Shown piece by piece: positions 1 to 13,644 of a stretch of DNA of 64,000 bases. The stretch's first letter is position 1; the number at the start of each line of letters is the position of its first letter. The DNA is from Lama guanicoe (lineage: Eukaryota): contig MU054187.1 of assembly GCA_013239625.1 (NCBI GenBank), positions 16,260,941-16,324,940 of the forward strand, read 5' to 3'. The notes under the pieces are model-generated. The model was not told the DNA's origin and did no database searches. It saw only the letters and a list, made by a program, of their open reading frames with translations. Both the position numbers and the translations under genes were made by a program.

Positions 1-268
1 ATCATAAGTTTGTTTTCTATGTCTGTGAGTCTGTCTCTGTTTTGTAAATAGGTTTGTTTTTGTCATTTTTTTAGATTCCACATAAAAGTGATATCATATG
101 TTATTTTTCTTTCTCTTTATGACTTGCTTCACTTAGTATGACAATCTCCAGGCCCATCTATGTTGCTGCAAAGGGCATTACTTTATTCTTTTTTATGGCT
201 GACTAGTATTCCATTGCATATCTTCTTTATCCAGTTATCTGATGGTGGACACTTAGGTTCCTTTCATT
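1..268 (-). mobile_element. LINE-1 fragment (ORF2 end / 3' UTR), running off the window edge
   Basis: Hallmark antisense L1 strings TTTTAGATTCCACATA, GTTGCTGCAAA and TATGGCTGA.TAGTATTCCATTG; homologous to the L1 copies at 13.6 kb and 15.5-16.4 kb. Confidence 0.9.
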
Positions 269-785
269 TCTGACTCTAACTCTTAAAAGTAGAGTATCTA
301 CTGTTCTGTCCCTTTATGTCTACTATCTATGATAAAACAGCTAGTCTGGGAATTAGAATATTATTTATTTTCTATGAATGTGAGAACTTTAAATTTTTTT
401 CTACAAATTACAAAGCAAGTCTTATAACCTCCATATAAGTAATTTGGTATCTCTAATATATACAAGGAAGCTTTTCATTTTTTAAAAAAAGAACCCATAC
501 ATATCAGGGAGAACTAGTCATATTCTTATGAATATAAGGAAAAGTAACAATTGTTATGTTTGTTCTGGTAATAAAGGTAATGGCAGATTTTTTTGTGTAT
601 CTTCCTTTAATAGAACATTATAGCCTTATTAAATAAAATAAAGCTAAGGCTCCAGATATAGAAGATTACACAACAAATACTTACAAGACTTCTTCCAAGT
701 TGTTCAGTCCAAAAACATGTGGACCCCAGATTCTTATTTATAAACTACGTCAGATTAGCCTTTGACTTCTATGGCTAAAATCACC

Positions 786-940
786 CTTTTTTTAAACATT
801 TTTTATTGGTTTATAATCATTTTACAATGTTGTGTCAAATTCCAGTGTAGAGCACAATTTTTCAGTTATACATGAACATATATATATATTCATTGTCACT
901 TTTTTTCTCTGTGAGCTACCATAAAATCTTGCGTGTATTT
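786..940 (-). mobile_element. Short LINE-1 3' end (5'-truncated, young subfamily)
   Basis: T-rich tail followed by TTTACAATGTTGTGTCAAATTCCAGTGTAGAGCA; homologous to the L1 3' ends at 16.3, 46.0 and 62.5 kb. Confidence 0.8.
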
Positions 941-2239
941 TTAAAGAGGACAAATAATACATTCTGTTATATTATCTCAGCCATATTATAGAAACCTAAA
1001 ATAATGGACTAAAAATAGATATTACTTGAAAACTGTCACTTGAAATTCAGTTTGATGATGTGAACAACAACTAAAAGAAAAAAAAAGTCCCCCCAGAAAC
1101 CCACGCAGCCCAGTGGGCTGTGAATGTTTCATAGTAAAGCGAAGCCACAAAATCTTTTTCCCACTTCTGCTACATTTTTCTATCTCAAACATGCTGAGTA
1201 AATCCCTGCTCAGAGAATCACCCATCCAGAGAACACAAAACCCAGGCACACTCACCACATTACCCCTGCCCCCGAGTCCAGACAGCTTATTGTAAATCAC
1301 AAAATAAACAGATACACTGAAAAGTCCCTCTACTGCAGAAGCCTTACAGAGTCATGTCAGAAGGTCTCAGAAACTAGTCACTAGATTAAAGAATGGGAAG
1401 TGGTTAGATCATGTGGCATGTGGTTAATCTAAGTCACAAATTTCATAGTGTTTGTGGGAAATCCTCAGAAGCAGAAATTCTAAAAAGAAAAGTAAAAAAG
1501 TATCATCATGGGCACAGGCATTTCTAGAATAAATTATGGCTTCTATTTATATGAAGATCTAAACTTATTTAACCCAAGTTAATAATATGTTTTGTAGAGG
1601 TTTTTTTAAAAAAAATTTACAGGGAGAAATATATGGGAAAATTCTTATATTTTCTATTTTATAATATAGTATGGTATTTTACGTTAATTCCCTTTTGAGT
1701 TACTCTTTTACCATCTGAAAACTAAGATAAATTATGCATTCCTCACATCTGGTACATGATTAATTTACCAAATACATATGTGTGTATAGATATTCACACA
1801 CACATGTACATTCACATGTGCATACATGTGTGTAAATAGCCAGTTTATCGTATTTGCTATGAATTTCCTTCTATTTATTTCATGAAAATTATTCTCTCAT
1901 GCTATACAAAATCCCAACTGGAAAGTCAGACAGACAGAGGTTTCAGTGACCAGGTAATCTCAAAAGGATACTATCTGGGGACAGTGAGTAACTTTGTCCT
2001 AAGAATAGCAGTTGGTCTCCTGGCAATCATAATTCTTCCTAAATTTCACCTTATCATTTATTTATTTGCTTTACACTAAAGGTGAGCTTAGATTGATAGA
2101 TGAGTAAACTACCATGTTTTGTAATAAATATATACGTGGAGTTGTTGGCTAAATGTATGAGAATCAAGGAAGGACACAGGTATTAGATGAATAAGACCAG
2201 TAGTAAATTAGGTTAAAGGCTGTCAAGTTGTACTAGTAA

Positions 2240-2480
2240 ATGCTAAGTAAGTATTTGCTTTGTGTCATGTACTGTTCTAAATTTTATTTGTATATAAATA
2301 GTTGATATCATCAACTAATTTAAAAGTCAACCTTGAGACAGGTATTTTTACCCCCTTTTGCAGATGAGTATATTGAAAGACAGATTAAGTAACCTGAACA
2401 AAGACACACGACTAATAAGTGGTGGATCTTGGATTTGAACTTTGACAGGCTGATTATACAGTCCACACTCTTAACTCCAT
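2240..2480 (-). mobile_element. MIR SINE
   Basis: Core CAGATGAG...TTAAGTAACCTG...CACACGACTAATAAGTGG...GGATTTGAAC resembles the antisense MIR core. Confidence 0.7.
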
Positions 2481-3237
2481 GAGGCTGCTTTTCAAAATAA
2501 TATGTTCATGAAGGTTTTCAACATGAAGGTTTTCAGAGAAAGTTCTTGGTGGATTTGTTGCTCAAAAATTTAACAGTAAATTCTACCTTTGACATCCCTC
2601 CCCATCCCATCCCCAAATCCTAGGCACCGTTTTAACTAGAAGCATGAAACCATTGTAAGGAATAAGAAAAGTGTTTCCTGTTTTAATTAGAAGGTGTGGA
2701 AATAGAAGTAGAATTAAATAGGTTTTTCCAGGAATTAACATAAAGCAAATTTACATAGCATTTTTATTGGTAATTTGAAAATCTGAACAATGCTAAGTCA
2801 ACAAGGCACTTCATATAACACTAGCAACTGAGTAAAAGGAAGATGCAGCACGTTAATTAAGCCAGGCCAAGTGAGGTGGTCCAGGCACGGGTGCATAAAC
2901 GTCCCTGTGTGAGCTGGCAGAGAGCATGGCCATCTAGAGAGGTCATGTTGCATCTCACAAGCACAGCTGCTCCTCAGCTCCAAAAAGATTTTACCACCTG
3001 GAAATCTAGGCCCAGTGCTGACTTCTGATTTTTTTTTTTTAAGGAAAAGCTGTAAATCCAATTTTATATGTTAAATCTTATGATTTTAAAAATTTGGTTC
3101 AAATTTTAAAAGTGCTAAGTACAATATATATAGGATATCTATCAAACTAAAAATGGCCTCTGGTCTTCAATGTTTCCATCTATTTTATATATAGAGAGAG
3201 AGAGAGATGGCTAGATACATAGAGGTAGAGACAGATG

Positions 3238-3270
<33 letters not shown>
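3238..3270 (+). repeat. (TAGA)8 microsatellite, preceded by a (GA)n tract
   Basis: Direct reading. Confidence 0.97.
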
Positions 3271-3383
3271 TAAAATTTCCTTATTTGGACATTGACAAAC
3301 ATTACAAAAAATTACAGATATAGTCATATGGTTAGAGAAGCATAGAAACACCCAGTAGATACTTTCAAATAGGCAAACCCCAT

Positions 3384-3630
3384 TGTATTAGTTTCCTTTT
3401 GCTGCTGTAACAAATGACCACAAACTTAGTAGTTTACAACAACACATATTCATTTCTTACAGCTGTGGAGTTCACAAGTCCAAAATCAGTCTCATTGGGC
3501 TAAGATCAAGTTGTTGATACGGCTGAATTTTTTCTAGAAGTTCCTTGTAAGAATCCATTTCTTTGCCTTTTCCTGCTTTTACAGGTCATTTGGCATTCAT
3601 AGGCCTGTGAGCTCTTCCTCCATCTCCAAA
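3384..3630 (-). mobile_element. MaLR LTR fragment (MLT1C/D-like)
   Basis: Starts TGTATTAGTTTCCT..TGCTGCTGTAACAAATGACCACAAACTTAGT, the reverse-complemented MLT1 3' end. Confidence 0.8.
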
Positions 3631-3802
3631 TCTATCATCATAACATTTTCAAATTAAATACATTTATATAAAATCAACTGATTATATATATATAATTATA
3701 TATGTATATATAGTCACTCAGCTATTCATCATGGGAACAATTCAAAGAAATAAATATATGTATTAGAATAGATGTAACTCAACCTTTAAGAAATTTACCA
3801 TC

Positions 3803-4126
3803 TGCTGCACACTGAGTATTTATATTCCCCCAAAACTTCATATGTTGAAACTGATTCCCCAGTGTGATAGTACTTGTTGATGGGGCCTTTGGGAGGTGAT
3901 TAAGTTGTGATGGTTGGGCCCTCCTGAATGGAATTAGAGCTCCCTTGCCCCATGCACCATGTTAGTCCATCGGTGAACCAAGAAGCAGGCTCTCACCAGA
4001 CACTGGATCTGCTGGTGCCTTGATCTTGAACATCCCAACCTCCAGAGTTGTGAGAACTAAATATTCGTTGTTTATAAGCCACCTATCTATGGTGTTTTGT
4101 TACAGCAGCCCAAGTGTTCTAAGACG
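3803..4126 (+). mobile_element. MLT1A/MLT1A0-like solo LTR with 5-bp TSD CCATC
   Basis: CCCCCAAAACTTCATATGTTGAAA, GGGGCCTTTGGGAGGTGATTA and TTTATAAGCCACC...TTTTGTTACAGCAGCCC...CTAAGAC; CCATC at 3798-3802 and 4127-4131. Confidence 0.9.
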
Positions 4127-4258
4127 CCATCTAATTGAGAATAGTTTAAACTGGATATTCAAGAGTTGAAACAATCCATAGGGATTAGCCAGAATTTGCC
4201 TATTATGCTTACTGACCCCACCTAGTCATTTATCAAGGATGACACACAACCTGGAGTT

Positions 4259-4713
4259 TGCTGTGGATGCTCTAGTGCATGAACTAGTTCTCACCTCCCT
4301 TGAGGACCAAGGTTCTCATCTCCCCAGATGCTGGGAATGTTGCCTGCCTGTAACTTAATACTTAGTTCCTCCTCCGAAATTGTCCTTGGCCAAGAGAGCT
4401 GCCTCAGTTATGTCACCTGAAGAAGGGGGAAGATCTGCGGAGGGGCAGAAACCCATAACTATGGCTGGACATTGCAGGGACAAAATGTTGGCTTCTTTTC
4501 TCCATTTGGACATCTCTGAAGGGCCACCTCAACTCCAGAGCTCTTTTTGAGTTTTAATATGGCCTCAGTGGCAAATGCATTACAACTTATCTTCTCTTTC
4601 TGCCCAATTCAGCTTCCTTGACTCTCTCTCAGAAGTTAAGCCTCAAGGCACTTATTTGTGAACATTCTGCATGGTGTCTCAGAATCTGTCTCTCCAGGAA
4701 TCTGAACTATGAC
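4259..4713 (+). mobile_element. ERVL LTR16-like solo LTR
   Basis: CTCTGAAGGGCCA, CTCCAGAGCTC, TCTGCCCAAT.CAGCTTCC and 3' end TCTCAGAATCTGTCTCTCCAGGAATCTGAACTATGACA resemble LTR16A/C. Confidence 0.7.
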
Positions 4714-5849
4714 AAGGGTGTTCCGTTACAGAAGAATAAACAAACAAATAAAATATTTAGTCTTTCTGTTTTTTTCACACACATTCCATAAAGGATTTGA
4801 AGCTTTTTGGAAAGGTTGAATAAACAATCATATTAAAGGCATTGATTTTGTGGTTTGGAAACTCTTAGAGAGACCCAGATCAGAATTCTTTAATCATCGA
4901 CTCCACCTCTGTCCCAATACACATACATATAACTTCGTACAGCAGTCAGAAGTCAAGCCAGTTGAAAAGTTCCAAAAGAATAAATTAGGTCAAAGATACG
5001 ATTTCCTTTCCGACTTGGCCTTCAGCTTTATTTGCAACAATTAGTATTGAGCAGTTGATGATTTAAGAAGAAATTGAGCTGGAGCAAATATTTAAATGTT
5101 TGGAAATCACTATTCAAATCCATTCCAAATCCATTTTAAGGAACGAGAAGTTGAAAATTATAGTTGTATACAGACCCAAATTTAACTCAGTGGATGGGAA
5201 TGCTGTGAATTATTATGTGACATAGTTATAGTGCTGTTGCTTATCAGCATTGTCCTTCTCTGTTCTACGTTTTAATTACTTTACAACCTGGTGGACTTAC
5301 ATGGCAAAAGCTTGTTTTTGGGTTGGCAAGATTATTTTTAATTCTGATTCTCCTTCAGAAAGCAGGCAAACTCTTGAGAAATTTGAAAATCTGAGTTTTT
5401 TTTTCCTAGCCTCCTCTTACCATCTTTTCATGCAATTTCATAGGAGTGACTATGTTGTATCAGTGCATAATAGCACAAAGAGTAAGGTAAAGTATCAACT
5501 ACAATGACACTTAATAATGAAGAGAAGCCTTGGGAGATGACCTTATTATAAGAGTCAGAATCAACTTTTGAAAGTTACCCATCTCGCAATCAATTGGATT
5601 GCTGCCCACTGATCCAGCTGAACAATTACACTAGCCTTAAGCAATCAGTCCTGTATTTCAGTGATTTAACAATGAAATAAGATCAAATATACTACATTGA
5701 AAATGACTGCTCAAAGTTTAGTACTTTTATTGTTTAGAAGTGAAAAAAAGTAAAGAAAAAAAAACTTGACCATATTTTAGTTAACATTTACTCGATGTAG
5801 GATAAATGACAAATATCTACATTTGTATTGTACTGTTATGATTGTAACT

Positions 5850-6290
5850 ACCAACATTACTATTTGCTCTCTGCCAGAGACTTTGATAGGCAATGAGAGA
5901 CAAAAGTCTCATAAGATACTATTCTTCACTTATAAGGAGTAATACCATAAAATTTTACAATATAGTATTTGTGTGTTGCAACATAAAAGTATGGGGAGGC
6001 AAAGTGCAAGGAGTTCACAGAGCAGAGATTCACAGAGCAGAGACTAACACTTCCTAGGAGAACAGGGAAGTGGAAAACTGAAATAAGATGAGTAGGATTT
6101 TGCCAGATGAGGTGGGAGGGTAGGAATGTCAGCCTATAATAATGTGTTCAGAAGGGCAGAGTTCTGGAAATGCATCTGGGCTATAGAGGGCAGGAAATAT
6201 ATTTTGGCATAAATTTATGAAAGGTTTGACATGACTTGCTAAGAAACGTGGGTTTTATCTTGCAGACAACAAGGTGAACCATAACAGCTT
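5850..6290 (-). mobile_element. Degenerate LINE-2 fragment
   Basis: GATGAGTAGGATTTTGCCAGATGAGG and GGGTTTTATCTTGCAGACAAC resemble antisense L2. Confidence 0.45.
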
Positions 6291-6619
6291 ATATGAGTTA
6301 AGGGTATTCAGTGACTCTTGAGCTAGGGAGAAAGCTAAAAGATGAGAAATACGCGTACAAAGCCTTACAGGGGCTGCACAGCAACGACTTTGCACAATAA
6401 AGAAAAGAAAGAGATTTATTTATTACTTTTTTATAATAAAAAAAGGAAAAGAAGCAATCAATTCCAACACTATGTAGTTATTACATAAAATTATGGAATA
6501 CATAGATATGATATACTAGTATAATAATATACTATACTATATAATAACATAGATACTTACATAGTATATAGTATAAATCCATCACTGGTGTCATGTGTAA
6601 AATATAGATCAGATGCATA

Positions 6620-6830
6620 ACATTAATGCCTTGTATTTATATTGACCTTTATAGTTTACAGTCTATGTTCATGGTTATAAACTTATTTAATTGTTAGAGT
6701 TTCTTTGAAGGAAGGCACCATCTCCAGGTACATGCAGAAGTCGGAGAACTCACTCAGAGCCACCCAACAACTAAGTGACAGAGCTAGATTATGAACTCAG
6801 ATCTTAGCCTCAAATCCCGGTGTTCTTTCT
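6620..6830 (-). mobile_element. MIR/MIR3 fragment
   Basis: CAACTAAGTGACAGAGCTAGATTATGAACTCAGATCT...CAAATCCCGGTGTTCTTTC. Confidence 0.55.
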
Positions 6831-7459
6831 AGCAAAGCAACAATATATACATAGAGAGATACATTAGGGAAACTTTGAAATGTGCATAAATCCAGATTTA
6901 GTTTATGTAAGCAAGTGCCAGACAGCCCGATACCAAAATATGAGTAAAGGAAGGACCAAAAAGAGACCTGGGTACACCAATAAAGAGAGGAAACAACTCA
7001 GAATTCTGTATACTGGTTGTTAGAATTTGCTGTCTTTGGGGGAATAAAACTGATTCTTCTATCTCTTTACATTTCCCCATCCTCACTTTCTCACACTAAG
7101 CCCAGATAGTCCGAATGGACGAAATGTTGCTTTATAATCACTGCCTCACAAACAGAACTTGAAGGTTTTAAACATACACACACACACACAGAAACGGAGG
7201 ACTAAAAAAAGTCTCGTTAACTTGACCAACTTTCTCATTTTTATAATAAGAAAAATAAAATCCAAGGAGTCTAATAGCTTGACAAATATGGCCCTCTAAT
7301 TGGTGGTACAGCCGAGTGTAAACCCCACCCAACTTAACTGTCCACCCACGGAGGTTTCCGCAGCCTGTGGCCAAGAATCATGGAGGGTATTCTGCCAAGG
7401 AGGCAGGGTTCACAGCAGTGCCCATCTGGGATGGGGAAGTAAGGAGTGGGGGTCTAGTG

Positions 7460-7720
7460 CAGTGCTTCCCAGACTTACAGATTTCATGGAGCAGTAAAAT
7501 TTCAAATAAATATCTATGTCCCATCATGGGGTTGTCAAGAGTCGAATTTTGCCAAAAAAAGACATTTGAAAACAAACAAAGGCAAAACAAGTATTAACTG
7601 CTTTCACCACCATTTCACACAAGAACCGACACTGCCGTACCAAGTCAGCTCTATGAAAAATTCACTTTCTTGTGGCATTTCTTCATTCTGCATTCTTTGC
7701 CACGGACCAGTCCCAGGCTG
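7460..7720. mobile_element. hAT-Charlie DNA transposon remnant
   Basis: Terminal CAGTGCTTCCCAGACTT after CTAGTG, and internal CACGGACCAGT. Confidence 0.45.
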
Positions 7721-7764
7721 ATGGCCAATATTTAAGAACTACCAGAATCTGGGAATAAGCCCTA

Positions 7765-7912
7765 GAATGAGGGTCAGAGAACCGAGCGTTAGTCTGTCCC
7801 TCCAAGACTGTGTGACATGGACCAGTCTTTCCACACCCTGGCTCTCAGACTTGCTCATCCTAAATAAGATGAGACCTACTGACCAGCTCTGCAGGGTGGG
7901 CGTTCTGAGGAC
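7765..7912 (+). mobile_element. MIR fragment
   Basis: CTGTGTGACATGGACCAGTC...TCTCAGACTTGCTCATC...CAGGGTGGGCGTTCTGAGGA. Confidence 0.55.
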
Positions 7913-10900
7913 AGTTAGCCCCCTGAAACAGACCACCTCAGCTGAGGCTCCTGAGAAACTGGGTCCTTCGGAAAGCCTCTTTCCCAACTCCTGTCCTCTG
8001 AAACCTCAGGAGAAAATGCTGGCAAGTGAGGAATGGCCTAAAGTTGTCCTACCTGGCACTGAACATTCCATAAACATCCACAGAAGCTTTTAAATTGCCT
8101 TTTATGAGAGAAGATGTCAGACTGGGCAGGACTGTGTGTTTTAAAATTATCAATGTCCTATTTTTTGTGGGAACTGTTATTCCCAAGGCCACTATTGCTA
8201 CTGTCTTTGTAGGAAAAAAAAAAAAAAGAAAAGGCAACAGAAGAAGGAGGGGGGAGTGGGGAGCAGGCACTAAGGTGTGGAGAAAGTTGGAAGAGAAGGG
8301 TGGGTTGAAAGATGTGAACCTTATTTAAAAATAAACACTAGGCACTGCTCTTACAAAACATCCCCAATCTCACAGTCACTGCTGGTCATTCATAGCCTTG
8401 TGTGTTCCTAAATGAAAAAACGTAAGCAGGAGAATAGAGTAGACCTTGACAATGTATCATCAGAAGAATGCTATTTCATCCTTACTGTCCTGGGGTCTGC
8501 AGAAGGGATTATGAAAACCTGCACATGCGGCTAAACCTTATTGAAATCTTGAGGAGTGAAGTTAGACCCTTTGGATCAAACACAGTTTAAAAGTTGAGAG
8601 AGGAACCCACAGGAAACCTAGAAACAACAAGGTAGAAGCAGATTTAACGAAGGATTTCCTTAGCTCAGTCTGTTTTAGTCACTCCCATAATATAATTATA
8701 ACCTAGCATTTGCATTTAATTATACAGTGTTGAGAAACACTGAATTTTATAGCAAAGCTGAACCAAAGACAGAGCTTTATTGCCAATGGTTTTTGTACTT
8801 CTGACGTGAGGAATGAATTTCAGAGCAGGCAAATGCAAATCTTGGCTAAATAAGACAGAAAGAAGATGTTTATGGTCATGCCAAACATAGACATATTTGC
8901 ACAAAAAAAATGGTACAAATACCAAATGTTACAAATTTGCTTAGGCAAACAGTAAGCTCTCAATAAGTGGTAGGTGTTATTATCATCATCATATTTGCGA
9001 AAAAATGATTCAATATTTTTTTTTGCTCCCATGCCCGTAAAATAAAATCTACAGAAGGGTTTACTGTAAGGCCTTCAAGCTGCTTTTTTTCCCGAAAACC
9101 CACAGCAATCAGTGGAACCATATACACCTCCTTTGGTCTTATTCCACTTCCTCTTTCTTCTGTCCTAAACTCCAGAGGTGTTAAAAAGAGGGTAAGGTCC
9201 TTTCTTGGGGTGGATTTTGTGGTACTGACCACAGGAATTTCGCATAACTTTGGTGCATAAGTAATTGCCATCATGAAAATTCCTGATTTTTCAAAAATAA
9301 ATGATGCATAAAAGGCACATAAAAGTTCAGTTAATAAGTCCCACCGCGTTCCAGAACACATCTTAGCTCAGCCAATGGAACTAGTTTTTTATTCAGTGGA
9401 GACCTCTTAAAGGCATTGCCTCAGTGCACAGTAAATCTATTCTTTTAGCAGGTTTATTTCTTTATCTGGTAGTCAATTAACTGCCCTTTCATGAAATGTA
9501 ACAATGACATACATTGTGGAGGGAGGTATATTCTTATAACTTGCCTGATGATCTTTCGGCTTTACCATGTATTATTTATGAATATTATTTCTTGAGCAGG
9601 TTTATGCCTTCATCAAGTAATCATGAACACATTTTAAGTATAAATGTGAGTCTACAGCAACTGGAAACCACCATGATTTTAACAAGATTCATTCTTGCAC
9701 AAATATCTCATTCAATTTGGAGGGAATTGTGTTTTGAGAATAAAATTTATTTTGTCATTTTCCCTCTTCACTTTCCAAATTGTAATATCTGCACTACAAA
9801 GGAAAGCAATCATCACTGTTGCATGCATTCGACTTAATGTTTCCAGCTATAGAAATGCCATCCGCTTGTTTCATACATCTAAGATGAACTGAGAGAAAAG
9901 CGTTTAAAATGCAACAGCATCGCTGATAATTCCTCAACCTGCGAGGAACTTCACAGAATAAATGTCAGAAAATGTACTGATACACTTGTGGGAGACAGGG
10001 TGTAACCCGTTTTTTAATGTTCTGGATATTCGATTTTTGTTGTTGCTTGTTTTTGCTGAACTTTCAATCTGACAGATGAATCAAGTTTTCCCTGCTGCAA
10101 AATTTTTTTTAAATTAACAATAAATTATTATTCTATCTTAGTGGGCAGATCTTTAATTAAATTCTGCACAATTTATTTTGCACATGAGCAAAACAATTGA
10201 AATAGCAGATGGATCAAAAATTGTATTTTTACCTAATCTGCTTATTAAGCTACTATGTTAGGCAACCACCCTTTGTTTAATTGAATATTTTTTTTGACAT
10301 TAATTTGGAAATAATTAAAGCAGGAATGTGGTTGGATAACCTCATAAACCACCACTGCTATCATCTTTATATGTAGACACCATGCCCAATCTACAGATGA
10401 ATTAGCTCTTCTTAAATTAAGGAATATTATATGAGTCAGTAATAGTATGACATTCTTTTTTATGACTATAGCTTGGGTTATAATGTGACAAGAAAAAAAA
10501 TGTAATGTTTCCAAAATGACAGTTTTTTAGATTTGTGTTGCCTGAGGTAGTTCAGCTGAACAATAAACTATAATTTGATTGATGGAAAATTGAAGTGGTT
10601 CATCTAATCTGCCAGTCTCGCCTACCACAGCTTTGGTTTTGCATGTCTGATGATGTATCACAGTTCTGGAGATAATGTTGTTTGTATTAGACAGGAGATT
10701 ATTTTTCCTCCCACGCGAAAAAGGAGAACTTTATTACATAGGAATGATCAAAATATGCCATGGATTAGCATGGAATCAAATTTGGTGGGGTATAAATTTG
10801 CAAGTTCAACTGTACAAAACTAAATGACATACGTTAAGCCTCAAAGCAGCATCGTTTTGGGGGTAATCTGGCCATCTACGGGCTGTAGGATTGTGTGGGC

Positions 10901-11599
10901 TGAGGCCGATTGACATCTGCACCTGACAAAAGTAATAAGACTAGATCTATTTCACTCCTATTTTAAACGAATACTGCGTTGATCAAGAAAAATCTTACAA
11001 ATATCAATCCTATTAAGACCCCTAAATTCTAAAGAGAAAAATGCATTTGAAAAAAATAATAAGAGTAATAAACATAGCTAAACACCTTAAACATATGCAA
11101 ATTCAAATAACAAATTGGTAATCAAAGAACAGGAGGCTATTTATAATTAACTGCTGAATATTGATGATTTCTCAGATTTAACTACGGCAAACTGAAATTA
11201 AGATTCCTGAGTTAATTTCAGGGTATATTTTTAAACGGAATGGTTCTAGTTCATCTTCTGTTATTAGCAGATAGTCAAAACAATGTTTGACTATTATGTA
11301 CGTAACTCAAAAATAAGAAGAGTGTCCAACTATTTTTGCCTTCAAAGTAATTCAGAAAATTGAATGCATAAAGATGTTTCAAAGTTACTAGAAGTTTTAC
11401 TAAAAATGTCCAGGAAGGCTAAGCAGTGGATTTCAGAACATTCCAGTTATGCGTACATCTGCAAGCAGAGAAGATAAATATTTTTAAAGGAAAGTTATAG
11501 GATTAGAATGGGAAATTTCATACATAATTTTCTCTTTAATTCAGGAATAAATAATGATATTGGAAAGAAAACCATCAAAAAATTGGGAGTTTGATATCA

Positions 11600-12280
11600 T
11601 CTCCAGCCTATATAATTTATTCAAAGTAAAATAACAATGGAAGCATTTTTCATCTATCAATTTATACAGCATTTAAATGTTTATTAACATCTAAGCAGTC
11701 AGTACTAGCTGGTTCATTGTGAAATGAGCGCTCATACAACACGGATGGAAGTGTAAATTTTACAACTTGTCTCGAAAGCAGTTTGAAAATATAAGTATCA
11801 TTTCTTGAGTGTGTATAATGTTCTGGACACTGTGATATCCATGTATTTGCTCAAGTATGAATTTTATCAGTTTCTGTCAAGAGCCATAAAAATGTTCATA
11901 GCTCGTGACTCATTAATTGTAAGAATGTATCTTATGAAAATAAAAAAATAATAAGAGATATGTATATATTCATTGAAACAGTACTTGTGTGGGAGGATTG
12001 AAGATAACTGTAGTGTTCAGAAATTATTTCATTATGCCATATCCTCAGTCCCATATTATGATTGTGCAGTCACTGAAATTTATTTTATGTAGAATATTTT
12101 ATACCATCAAAATTGTTTATTGTATGTTAGGGTTAGAAAAGCAGGGAACAAAAATATATTCATTATATATGAACAGAAAAGTATGTAAAATTAGAACAGC
12201 AAAAGAGTCCAAGGAAATAGTTGGTGGAAATATACAGTTTTCATTTTCTTCTTTAGACTTTCCTATATTCCGATGTTCCT
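11600..12280 (+). mobile_element. Ancient L1M(E) fragment
   Basis: CTCATACAAC..GATGGAAGTGTAAATT..TACAAC...GAAAGCAGTTTG and AAAAATGTTCATA resemble the old L1 ORF2 end/3' UTR. Confidence 0.5.
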
Positions 12281-12379
12281 AGCAGGTCCTACTTCCATGA
12301 TTGAACAGGTCAGGTCGTGATGTCCATCACTTTGACTTTATCCCTATCTGCCTACATAGTTGTATAAGGGTCCGCACAA

Positions 12380-12540
12380 GACAGTGGAAATAGTAGAAGG
12401 TTTGGGGTCAGGCAGACCAGGCTTCGAATGCTCGCTCCACTACCTACTAGCTGTGTGGCTCTGAGCATGTTCTCTAGCCTCTCTGGGCCTCAGTTTCCTC
12501 ATATGTGAAATAAATTAATCAAGAGACATGTAAAAGATTC
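12380..12540 (+). mobile_element. MIR SINE
   Basis: CTACTAGCTGTGTGGCTCTGAGCA...CCTCTCTGGGCCTCAGTTTCCTCATATGTGAAAT. Confidence 0.85.
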
Positions 12541-13084
12541 AGAGAGGAGAGACTGATCAACTGATTAACCTTAGTGAGCAAGAGGACCCAGAAAAAGTTT
12601 CAACAAGAAGATAATGTTTAAGCAGTCCTGGGGGATGAGCTGGCTGTCTACCTGTGACACCAGAAGAAAGGCTTTCCGAGCAGAGGGCACATAGTGAAAA
12701 CGGATAGAGACAAAGGATAGAATTTTGCAGTCTGGAACCCACTGCCCATCTCTGGGTGCTGCAGAGTAACAGATGCGAAAGAGGTACATGATTGAAAAGA
12801 ATTTTAATGCTCCATATCCGACCATAAAGGAAGTTTCCCCAGATTTAGGTATCACTACATTCAGATACCAATTTTTAATTTTGTTTAGTTCCTAAGTCAA
12901 TTGGCATGTGTTCTTCTGGAAAATTGTTTTGAGTTTTGCCTCTCCTGGGATTCATAAAACATAATGGAATTATGCAAATTTAGAGATAGAAGAGACATCA
13001 CATCACCACCAAGACAACGTCAACAGATGAGAGAAATGAGATCTAGAGATTTAGGATTTGCCACAATGCTTGATACTATATAGT

Positions 13085-13140
13085 GAGAGAAAGAGAGAGA
13101 GAGAGAGCGAGAGAGAGAGATAAAGAGACAGGGACAGAGA
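13085..13140 (+). repeat. Imperfect (GA)n tract
   Basis: Direct reading. Confidence 0.9.
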
Positions 13141-13644
13141 GCTGCTCTATTGGACAAAAGAGGCAGGACCCCACTTAGGACACTCTCCTCCCATCCCAGG
13201 GACAAGTTCTGATGTAGGGCAGTGGAACTCAGCTCTCTAGAGACCATGGCAGGACACTCCCTGGCACAGAGATTCCATTACAGGAGTTTACCATCAGTTT
13301 GACCCTAGGAATAGCTGTCACCCTACAAGCAGACATAATTTGTTAATTTGATTGTCATTCTCTCCAGGGTCTCTACCCTAACTTCCTCCACTCTTTCCCT
13401 ACCTGTCCATCTGTAGTCCACTTTAATTTACATAATCCTTTAGAAGTAGGAAAGGTTTCAATCTCCCTTTTTCAACACCTCCTAACAACATCTACTAGAA
13501 TTCAGCCAAAAGAGTGAGCCCTTCACCTCTCAGCTATCCCAGAAATAAACAGCAGAAAACTTTGTCATTTACAGCTGTGAAAATTCCTAACACCAATAAT
13601 ATATTCAGGAGAACACTAAAACTTCAAATTAAGTTTCAATTATC

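Noticed and set aside
8960..9361. 133-aa minus-strand ORF, the longest non-repeat ORF
   Set aside because: No recognisable domain, promoter or splice context; this length can arise by chance in 64 kb
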